Shown here: in pieces, positions 1-7,113 of the stretch
Position numbering within the stretch: position 1 is the stretch's first letter
How the letters are laid out: the number at the start of each line of letters is the position of its first letter
Source of the DNA: a virus
Reading direction: 5' to 3' (one strand)
DNA length: 64,000 nt
Virus record (IMG/VR): IMGVR_UViG_3300042691_040495
Coordinates: 32,682 to 96,681 of that record
Made by a program: the position numbers and the translations under genes
The notes under the pieces: model-generated
What the model was told of the DNA's origin: nothing
The model's input: the letters and a program-made list of their open reading frames with translations, nothing else
Databases searched by the model: none

Positions 1-3
1 TTG

Positions 4-48
4 AAGCAAAATGAAGCCAGCAATTATATTGTTGGCTTTTTGCTTTTT
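4..48 (+). terminator. Intrinsic terminator-like hairpin
   Basis: AAGCAAAA..AAGCCAGCAAT-TAT-ATTGTTGGCTT-TTTGCTT inverted repeat followed by a T-run, in the gap before the first ORF. Confidence 0.65.
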
Positions 49-56
49 AGTGTATC
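49..56 (+). promoter_or_regulatory. Variant of the recurrent GGTGTAW motif (AGTGTATC)
   Basis: One mismatch to the motif seen in other gaps; about 40 nt upstream of ATG 91. Confidence 0.35.
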
Positions 57-90
57 TAATTAATACCTCCACACATAAAGGGCATAAATT

Positions 91-411
91 ATGAGTGAAA
101 CCATAATTCACTTTTGGGAAAATATAGCAACTACTAGTATTGGTATTATTGTTACCATGATAGGATTTTGGATAGCTATTGGTAAAAACATGGCAACAAA
201 ATCTGAAGTTGCAGAAATGATAGAAACAAAATCTCCATATCTACATGATAGACAATTTATTATGGAAAGATTAGCAGTTAATAAAGAAACACAAGCAGCT
301 TTAACAAATATGCTACAGCGCAATACTGAAGTTATGAACGAACTCAAAATTCAAATAGCAACACTTGGTAAAACATTAGAAGCACTAGAAGAAAGAATAG
401 AAAGAAATTGA
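91..411 (+). CDS. Membrane-anchored coiled-coil protein (holin/XhlA-like architecture)
   Basis: One N-terminal hydrophobic helix (IGIIVTMIGFWIAIG) followed by a heptad-like C-terminus. Confidence 0.55.
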   Translation: MSETIIHFWENIATTSIGIIVTMIGFWIAIGKNMATKSEVAEMIETKSPYLHDRQFIMERLAVNKETQAALTNMLQRNTEVMNELKIQIATLGKTLEALEERIERN

Positions 412-418
412 GGTAAGC

Positions 419-610
419 ATGGCTACTGATATTGAATTAGCAAAATCTACTAATCCTATAAAAAATGGTACTAGTATTACTACTTGTTCATTTACTGGTA
501 ATTATAATACTATTAATACATATGTAAATAATAAACCAGTTATCGAAGATATAGAATATAAATATGATGAATTATTTGATGATATTACTTACTATGTATT
601 AGGTAATTAA
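419..610 (+). CDS. Hypothetical protein
   Basis: 63-aa ORF with GAGG SD, tightly packed between neighbours. Confidence 0.6.
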   Translation: MATDIELAKSTNPIKNGTSITTCSFTGNYNTINTYVNNKPVIEDIEYKYDELFDDITYYVLGN

Positions 611-611
611 T

Positions 612-1826
612 ATGTCTGATACAGTTCAAACTCAAGCTGCTTATAGATTTCCAACTGTTGATGCTAGTGGAAGACTAAGTAATATCCAACTACCAGAGAC
701 TATAGAAGCTAGACTATGTGTACTCAGCGATATAGATTCTGTATTATCTCAACAAGTATTATATGCTGGAGAATTAGCAGCACCAACAGATAAACTCTAT
801 TTACGCAGAGGGGACGGAATTACAGCAGGAGGAACAATACTAGCAAATGGAAATTGTTATATCGAAAATAGCGTGTTTTCTTCTCCAACAATTATTAGTT
901 TTACATCTTTGTCTGGAAGTGGGATGGCCTCTTTTGCTCCAATTTCTATTATTCCGAGTCAAAATCTTTATTTTCAAGTACATAATAGTGGAGAATTATT
1001 TAAATATGATGGTTTATGGACATCAACTCTCAATTTTACCGATAGTTCAAGTTCGGTAACTTCAATAACGGTAAATAGTGTTGTTGGAGCAGTTAGTATT
1101 AACTTTGGTAGTTATGCTAATTTAACATCAACATCCTTTTCTGTTTTAAAAATTTGCGCCGGAGACTTCAGAATCAATGGAGCATCAACCAATCAAACAA
1201 CCCTGGATTTACCTCAATTAGTAGTTATTGGAGGCAGCTTTAATCCGATAGGAAATAATATTACAACATTAAATATACCATTATTAAAAAGCATTGGATC
1301 ATCTTTTAGTCCAACAGCTATGACAAATCTTATAAATCTTAATATACCATCGCTAAGATATGTTATTGGTTCATTTAGTCCTGGTGGATCCATATCAAAT
1401 AATATGAATAGTTTAGTAACTATAAATGCACCTGTGTTAGAATATGCAGGATCTATAGTTCTTGGACTAATGTCTTCTTTAACAACAGTTAATCTTCCAT
1501 CTTTGGTTACAGTGAATGGAGCTATAACGATTACCTCATCAGCCACAGGATCAAATCTTACTGATTTTACATTAGGATCAAACTTAAAATATATTGGAGG
1601 CAACATTACAATAACCGGACAAAAATTAACATCATCATCAGTAGAAAATATATTAGTTAAACTAGCAGCGCTAGATGGTACCAATGGAACAACAACATAC
1701 GGAACTGGTCGAACAATAAATCTTAGCGGCGGAACCAGTTCCGGGATATCTGCTTTAACAACAAATGCAAGTAATGCTAGAACAACGTTATTAGCCAGAG
1801 GCGTAACAATAACCTTAAATGCTTAA
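612..1826 (+). CDS. Tail fibre/receptor-binding-like protein with L-domain/LRR-like solenoid repeats
   Basis: N-terminal LYAGELAAPTDKLYLRRGDGITAGG resembles fibre attachment segments; repeats LDLPQLVVIGGSF, LNIPLLKSIGSSF, LNIPSLRYVIGSF, VNLPSLVTVNGAI, LGSNLKYIGGNI. Confidence 0.6.
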   Translation: MSDTVQTQAAYRFPTVDASGRLSNIQLPETIEARLCVLSDIDSVLSQQVLYAGELAAPTDKLYLRRGDGITAGGTILANGNCYIENSVFSSPTIISFTSLSGSGMASFAPISIIPSQNLYFQVHNSGELFKYDGLWTSTLNFTDSSSSVTSITVNSVVGAVSINFGSYANLTSTSFSVLKICAGDFRINGASTNQTTLDLPQLVVIGGSFNPIGNNITTLNIPLLKSIGSSFSPTAMTNLINLNIPSLRYVIGSFSPGGSISNNMNSLVTINAPVLEYAGSIVLGLMSSLTTVNLPSLVTVNGAITITSSATGSNLTDFTLGSNLKYIGGNITITGQKLTSSSVENILVKLAALDGTNGTTTYGTGRTINLSGGTSSGISALTTNASNARTTLLARGVTITLNA

Positions 1827-1834
1827 GAGAACAT

Positions 1835-2020
1835 ATGAATAATAGCGAATCACAAAATAGCTGGAGACTAATTTACACAAATAATACTGTTTTGGATTTA
1901 TTTGAAAGCGAAGGAGTCACTTCTACCATATACAATTTATTTGTAGCAGAAAATAAACAGGAATGTTTGGACCATATATCTTCTTTAAACTTATACTATA
2001 ATAATGAAAATAATAGCTAA
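1835..2020 (+). CDS. Small hypothetical protein (possible fibre accessory)
   Basis: 61-aa ORF coupled to both flanking genes. Confidence 0.55.
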   Translation: MNNSESQNSWRLIYTNNTVLDLFESEGVTSTIYNLFVAENKQECLDHISSLNLYYNNENNS

Positions 2021-3206
2021 CACCACCAGTCCTAAAATGACTGTAACAAAAGCTTTTAATTTATTATCTTTAGAATATACCGCATATACTAGAGTTATAA
2101 ACTCAACAGGCTCTGTATCATATACAACAATTCAAGATAGAGTTTACACGTCCTATCCAACAGCAACATCTGTTACTGATTATCAAATGAATCTTATTAC
2201 GATAGGTCAAAAATCAAATATTGATGAAAAAATTATATGGTCTTCTAGTAATACATCAGTAGCAACTGTGAATTCCAATGGTTATGTTACCCATGTATCA
2301 GATGGTAATTGCAATATAACGGCATATATTGATGGAAAATCTTTATCTAAAACATTAAATTTTTCAACAACAAATATTGCCAGTACCTCATTTACTAGCT
2401 ATGCAAATTCTTCTTTGGCACAATATATTGTTGATACAATAAGTGCGAAGGTCTTAAATAAATCAGCATCGATAAGCAAAAATATTTTTTCATTACAAAA
2501 TCACTCTCAAAGTATTTATGTCAGAAATACCAGCTGTTGGGCATATGGACTAGATTTAACTTGTTTTAGTCCGTGGAATTCACTAGACGGACCACGCAGA
2601 GCCGGAACTCTTATAAGTCCTAGACACGTAATTTGCGCCCAACACTATCCTTTAACTGTTGGCACCACAATCAGATTCGTTCGTTTAGATAATACTATTG
2701 TTAATAAAACTATAACAGATATATATAATTTATCTAATGCAGATATACAGATAGCACTATTAGATTCTGACGTTGGACCCGGAGTGTCGTTTGCTAAAAT
2801 TTTACCAGAAAATTGGTTTAACTATCTTCCTTCAATATATTCAAACAGTACTACTCCTTATTGGAGAAATTATACTTTTGGATTGCCAGCTTTGTGTTTA
2901 GACCAAGAAGAAAAAGCTCTGATCCTTGATTTTGTCTCTTTCACTTTTAATACTCGAAATACTTCTTTCTCTATTCCTAATAATAGTAAAAATGCAGAAT
3001 TTTATGAAAATATTATTGTCGGGGATAGTGGTAATCCAGAATTTTTAATAATTAATAATACATTAGTCATATTATCTACTTGGTTAACCATAGGTTCTGG
3101 GCCATTTATAACATTCTATAAAACACAAATTAATGATGCTATGTCACAATTAGGAGGAAACTATCAATTAACAGAAATTGATTTGAGTTCTTTTAATACT
3201 TATTAA
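2004..3206 (+). CDS. Ig-like (Big_2) domain fused to a trypsin-like serine protease
   Basis: WSSSNTSVATVNSNGYVT..GNCNITA (Big_2); GTLISPRHVICAQH, ADIQIALL and GDSGNP give the H-D-S triad. Confidence 0.8.
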   Translation: MKIIANTTSPKMTVTKAFNLLSLEYTAYTRVINSTGSVSYTTIQDRVYTSYPTATSVTDYQMNLITIGQKSNIDEKIIWSSSNTSVATVNSNGYVTHVSDGNCNITAYIDGKSLSKTLNFSTTNIASTSFTSYANSSLAQYIVDTISAKVLNKSASISKNIFSLQNHSQSIYVRNTSCWAYGLDLTCFSPWNSLDGPRRAGTLISPRHVICAQHYPLTVGTTIRFVRLDNTIVNKTITDIYNLSNADIQIALLDSDVGPGVSFAKILPENWFNYLPSIYSNSTTPYWRNYTFGLPALCLDQEEKALILDFVSFTFNTRNTSFSIPNNSKNAEFYENIIVGDSGNPEFLIINNTLVILSTWLTIGSGPFITFYKTQINDAMSQLGGNYQLTEIDLSSFNTY

Positions 3207-3207
3207 T

Positions 3208-3215
3208 GGTGTAAA
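3208..3215 (+). promoter_or_regulatory. GGTGTAW motif (candidate phage promoter)
   Basis: GGTGTAAA in the gap, 29 nt before ATG 3237. Confidence 0.5.
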
Positions 3216-3236
3216 ATAATCTTATGGAGAAAACAT

Positions 3237-3560
3237 ATGATTAAACCTGGTTATAAAACAAGCGAATTTTGGTTTACTTTAGTAAGTTTTATATTTAGTG
3301 GAGCTTATTTGATTGGAATATTAGAAAGCTTTAGTCAAAAAGAAGACTTAATACAAGAAACAAGTAGGGGTATAGAAGCAGCAATATTGATTATTGGTCA
3401 ATTAACAGTATTATTTAAATATATTAAAGGAAGAACAGATCTTAAAAAGACTTGGTGGAGCACAGCAACACCAGAAGAAAGAAAAACCGCCAATAGGCGA
3501 AGCTCTAAATCCAAAACTAAAAAGAAAATTACAAAACCAATTCAGCCCAAAGTTGAGTAG
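3237..3560 (+). CDS. Holin-like membrane protein
   Basis: KPGYKTSEFW N-terminus, two hydrophobic segments, highly basic C-terminal tail; GGAG SD. Confidence 0.55.
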   Translation: MIKPGYKTSEFWFTLVSFIFSGAYLIGILESFSQKEDLIQETSRGIEAAILIIGQLTVLFKYIKGRTDLKKTWWSTATPEERKTANRRSSKSKTKKKITKPIQPKVE

Positions 3561-3572
3561 ACAAACTCTATC

Positions 3573-3582
3573 GGTGTATTAC
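3573..3582 (+). promoter_or_regulatory. GGTGTAW motif (candidate phage promoter)
   Basis: GGTGTATTAC in the gap, 45 nt before ATG 3618. Confidence 0.5.
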
Positions 3583-3617
3583 TATATATAGGGCTTCTTT
3601 TAGGAAAGGTATTATAT

Positions 3618-4058
3618 ATGCCAGATGCAGCGTCAATAGATTCTATCAAAGTACAAATTGATAATTTAATCAATCAAGTAAAATCTTCACTTGGAGATGT
3701 AAAATCTGTTGCTATTACCCAAGCATGGAAGATTTTGCAACTTGCTGTCGCCGAAACTGTTCAAGTTCTAGAACAAACTTCTGGAGATTTACCGGGATCA
3801 GATAAAAAAACCATGGCTATGGATTATTTATCAAAATTTTATGACAGTGTTTTTATTGTTATAGATATTCCTATGGTTCCTAGTTTTATGCAAATTATAA
3901 TTCGTAAATACATTAAAATATTCTTGATGGCATTAGTTAGTTCTAGCATTGATGCTATGGTAACAACTTTTAGACAAGTTGGAGTTTTCCCATCAAAAAC
4001 AACAGTAGTTTCACAATCAATTAAACCCAAGGCTAAAAAAACGAGGAAAAAGAAATGA
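3618..4058 (+). CDS. Hypothetical helical, probably membrane-associated protein
   Basis: 146-aa ORF, GSDKKTMAM..IDIPMVP segment, basic C-terminus; ATGA overlap with next gene. Confidence 0.65.
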   Translation: MPDAASIDSIKVQIDNLINQVKSSLGDVKSVAITQAWKILQLAVAETVQVLEQTSGDLPGSDKKTMAMDYLSKFYDSVFIVIDIPMVPSFMQIIIRKYIKIFLMALVSSSIDAMVTTFRQVGVFPSKTTVVSQSIKPKAKKTRKKK

Positions 4059-4438
4059 ATTACACAGAAAGTTTCGATCAATTTGCCAGCAGAGTAACAC
4101 CCACAGATTTGGCTTTATATGCTGGAGTAGGAATTGTTTTATGGATCTTGTTCAAAGACAGGCTTAGTCCTGTTCAAAAGTTTTTAGCAGATGTATTTGG
4201 TGGCTTAAAGTCAAAAATAAACCATGGATCATCCGTTGTTCCTGTTGTTGTTCCAGATGTTGCTCCTGTTGCAGTGTCCAAGGAAACTAAAGAAGATAAT
4301 TTTTTTAAGTTAATTGTTTCTTGGAAGCAAACCAGAGACCTAGCAGTTAAGAGCGGTTGTGATGAAGCTGTTAAGGTTGCTGATCAAATGTTTCCATTTT
4401 TAAGTCCCACAGTTTGCTCAAAGGAAAAAAGTGTATGA
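4055..4438 (+). CDS. Hypothetical membrane protein
   Basis: TM helix LALYAGVGIVLWILF and Val/Pro-rich linker; translationally coupled. Confidence 0.65.
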   Translation: MNYTESFDQFASRVTPTDLALYAGVGIVLWILFKDRLSPVQKFLADVFGGLKSKINHGSSVVPVVVPDVAPVAVSKETKEDNFFKLIVSWKQTRDLAVKSGCDEAVKVADQMFPFLSPTVCSKEKSV

Positions 4439-4935
4439 ATCCCAAACTTAAAACAGGTCTTTTAATATTTGCTCTTGCTCTATTAGGTATCGGAATACTT
4501 AAACCCGATTTGAGTTTCTTTAATAAGCCAGTATCACCATCAGCTGTTGTTGAATTGGACGTTAAAGAGCCTGAGTCACCAGAATTGAAAGAGAAAGCAG
4601 ACGCTGTGGTCAAAGCATTATCTGCTAACTCTGATCGTAAAACTGACGGATTACGATTAGCCTATCTGTATAATGACATGGCAACTTTAGTTGGCCTTGA
4701 CGGAAAAGATGAAGTTATTAAAAATACCGAAGAAATTAGACAAGCCAATAAATTAGTTGGTTTAATGCTAAGATTAGATATCAAAGGTAAGTACGAAGAC
4801 CTTCCAGAATCTGCTCAAGCTTTGGTATTAACAGCAATTGGAGACGATAATGTTTTATTAAACGATGATCTTAGAGCAAAAGCTGTTGAAGGTTTCAAAG
4901 CTTTATCCTGGGCCTGTTTACAAGGAAGCAAATAA
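4435..4935 (+). CDS. Signal-anchored/exported hypothetical protein
   Basis: ATG 4435 (ATGA overlap) preferred to TTG 4414; N-terminal KTGLLIFALALLGIGIL. Confidence 0.65.
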   Translation: MNPKLKTGLLIFALALLGIGILKPDLSFFNKPVSPSAVVELDVKEPESPELKEKADAVVKALSANSDRKTDGLRLAYLYNDMATLVGLDGKDEVIKNTEEIRQANKLVGLMLRLDIKGKYEDLPESAQALVLTAIGDDNVLLNDDLRAKAVEGFKALSWACLQGSK

Positions 4936-5861
4936 TGCCAAGATATTCACCACAAGAATTATACGATAATTATCGCAACGGTTTTAGCGGATGCTTGTGG
5001 GAACAGCACGTTTTCGACCATTTGATGGAAAATAGTAAATATCCTTTGTTTGGTGATGCTAGCAAAAAAATTAAAAGTAGTGGTAAGGGCAAATTATCAA
5101 CACCATATAAAAGTGTATTAAAATTTGAAAAAAGCCCTTATAATGAAAGACAAACAACAGGAGATTGTGTATCTCATGGAACACGAAATGCATGTGACGT
5201 TAGTAGAGCAGTAGAGATTGATGTAAATGGAGAGAAAGAAGCTTGGGTTGCTAAAGGAGCAACAGAAGCAATTTATGGTGCTCGCGGTCACGGCGGAGAA
5301 GGAATGAGTTGCTCAAGAGCTGCCGAGTTTGTTAGCAAGAACGGTGGCATATTATTACGCCAAAACTATAAAGGCGTTGTAGATTTTAGCAAATATAATG
5401 GTAATCTTGGTGCCGGATGGGGCGCGAGAGGATTGCCGGATAAAGTTATTGATCTAGCAAATGACCATCAGATCAGAACAACTAGTTTAATAAAAACAGT
5501 AGAAGAAGCAAGAGATGCTTTAGCTAATGGTTATGGTTTAGCAGTATGCTCTAATTATGGATTTAGTAACAAAAGAGATAAAAAGGGCATAGCTAATACT
5601 AGCGGTAGCTGGGGCCATTGTATGGCTTGGATAGCTTGTGATGATACTGGTAGCGAGCCACTATTCTTAGTACAAAATAGTTGGGGCAAATGGAATGATG
5701 GAGGTCATCCAGAATGGGGGCCTATACCTGACGGTAGTTTTTTAATACGAGCCGACGTAGCAGCAGGGATGCTTTCACAGAATGGAAGTTATGCGTTTAG
5801 TAATTTTGACGGATTCCCTGTACAAAAGCTACCATCTTACGGTTTTGAAGACTATCTATAA
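4935..5861 (+). CDS. Papain-like (clan CA, C1-like) cysteine peptidase
   Basis: Oxyanion Gln and catalytic Cys in QTTGDCVSH, His in WGHCM, Asn in VQNSWG. Confidence 0.85.
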   Translation: MPRYSPQELYDNYRNGFSGCLWEQHVFDHLMENSKYPLFGDASKKIKSSGKGKLSTPYKSVLKFEKSPYNERQTTGDCVSHGTRNACDVSRAVEIDVNGEKEAWVAKGATEAIYGARGHGGEGMSCSRAAEFVSKNGGILLRQNYKGVVDFSKYNGNLGAGWGARGLPDKVIDLANDHQIRTTSLIKTVEEARDALANGYGLAVCSNYGFSNKRDKKGIANTSGSWGHCMAWIACDDTGSEPLFLVQNSWGKWNDGGHPEWGPIPDGSFLIRADVAAGMLSQNGSYAFSNFDGFPVQKLPSYGFEDYL

Positions 5862-5891
5862 TATAGTGGCCTAAAAGCTAACCTTAAGTTT

Positions 5892-5901
5892 GGTGTATTA
5901 T
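5892..5901 (+). promoter_or_regulatory. GGTGTAW motif (candidate phage promoter) within an imperfect inverted repeat
   Basis: GGTGTATTAT 33 nt before ATG 5925; can pair with TATACC downstream. Confidence 0.5.
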
Positions 5902-5924
5902 ATTTATACCTTTAGGGTTATACT

Positions 5925-6119
5925 ATGAAACTTTTAGATAGAATTGCTTTAAACAATCTTTTACGAATAATAAGAGAACTTATTATACGAATGGTTGACT
6001 TTTTTGAAAAACAAAAAAAACCAGTCAAACCAACACCAAAACCTAAACCCGACAGACCTCGCCCTTTGAAAAATATTATAGACTTGATACCTGTTCCATG
6101 GAGAACAAAAGATGAATAA
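5925..6119 (+). CDS. Small basic Pro-rich protein
   Basis: 64 aa, amphipathic N-terminus, KPVKPTPKPKPDRPRP; overlaps next start. Confidence 0.6.
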   Translation: MKLLDRIALNNLLRIIRELIIRMVDFFEKQKKPVKPTPKPKPDRPRPLKNIIDLIPVPWRTKDE

Positions 6120-6459
6120 AATACTATTACCAATTTTAGCAGTTGCTATGATATTTGGGTCATATGGATATCATGGGTCAACAACTTCCGCAGTAACTCT
6201 TGTGGGGGGAATTGTTAAGGCTCAACATACTGAAAGTGTGAAAAAATACAAAAGAAAAGACTGTCCAATATGCAAAGGCAAAGGATACTATATTAGTGGT
6301 GATGGTATTGAAAAAGTTAACTGCGGATATTGTATTCCTGATAAGAGTGACACTCCAAAAAATCAATTACCAAACACATATCCAAAAGTTATTACTCATC
6401 CTCCAGTAACTATTCAACAAAATTGCCCAAATGGCGTTTGTCCAATTCCTAAAAAATAA
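6112..6459 (+). CDS. Exported Cys-rich protein with a DnaJ-like Zn-finger motif
   Basis: Signal-like N-terminus; CPICKGKG...CGYC; C-terminal CPNGVCP. Confidence 0.65.
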   Translation: MNKILLPILAVAMIFGSYGYHGSTTSAVTLVGGIVKAQHTESVKKYKRKDCPICKGKGYYISGDGIEKVNCGYCIPDKSDTPKNQLPNTYPKVITHPPVTIQQNCPNGVCPIPKK

Positions 6460-6470
6460 AGGTATAAAAA

Positions 6471-6869
6471 ATGGACGATAATCTTAGAGAAAAATTAAAA
6501 GCTATCGCAGAAAAAGTGTTAAAACAAGCCAATGTGCCAAATGATGAAAAATTTGGTAGTGTTATTGCTATACTAATGATGATTAGTATAATACTTACAG
6601 TAATTAGAGTATTACAAGAATGCAATAAAAATAAAACACAAGGCATGACATCAGAAAATAAACAATCTCTCTATGCTGAAAACATTAAATCTTATAGTAA
6701 AAAACGAGGTTGGTTTACTAGACTAAGAATAAAAAGAATTCTTAAAAGAGAACTGACCTCAGAAGAATATAATAAATACGGCATTAAATTAACAGAAGCA
6801 TTGTTAGATATAGGAGAAACCCTCAAGGATGATGAAGTCGCAACTCTAATGGAGGCAGCAAATGTTTAG
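6471..6869 (+). CDS. Hypothetical membrane protein
   Basis: TM helix VIAILMMISIILTVIRVL; AAGG SD. Confidence 0.65.
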   Translation: MDDNLREKLKAIAEKVLKQANVPNDEKFGSVIAILMMISIILTVIRVLQECNKNKTQGMTSENKQSLYAENIKSYSKKRGWFTRLRIKRILKRELTSEEYNKYGIKLTEALLDIGETLKDDEVATLMEAANV

Positions 6870-7113
6870 TATATTAATCTGGTGTGTATATGGTATTTTT
6901 GTTGGCAGCATAGCAAAAAGCATAGTTCCAGGAGAAGAAAATTTTGGTTTTGTTAAAACAGTAGCACTAGGAGTATGTGGCTCCTATATGGGTGGCGCAC
7001 TATTATATTTACTGGGTAAGTATGAATCGGTGTCTCCTGCTGGATTGTTCATGGGAGTCGCCGGTGCTGTTTTAGCATTGGTGCTTTATAACAAACTACA
7101 ATCATCAAAATAA
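6862..7113 (+). CDS. GlsB/YeaQ/YmgE (transglycosylase-associated) family membrane protein
   Basis: 83 aa, three Gly-rich TM helices: GIFVGSIAKSIVPG, TVALGVCGSYMGG, GLFMGVAGAVLAL. Confidence 0.75.
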   Translation: MFSILIWCVYGIFVGSIAKSIVPGEENFGFVKTVALGVCGSYMGGALLYLLGKYESVSPAGLFMGVAGAVLALVLYNKLQSSK

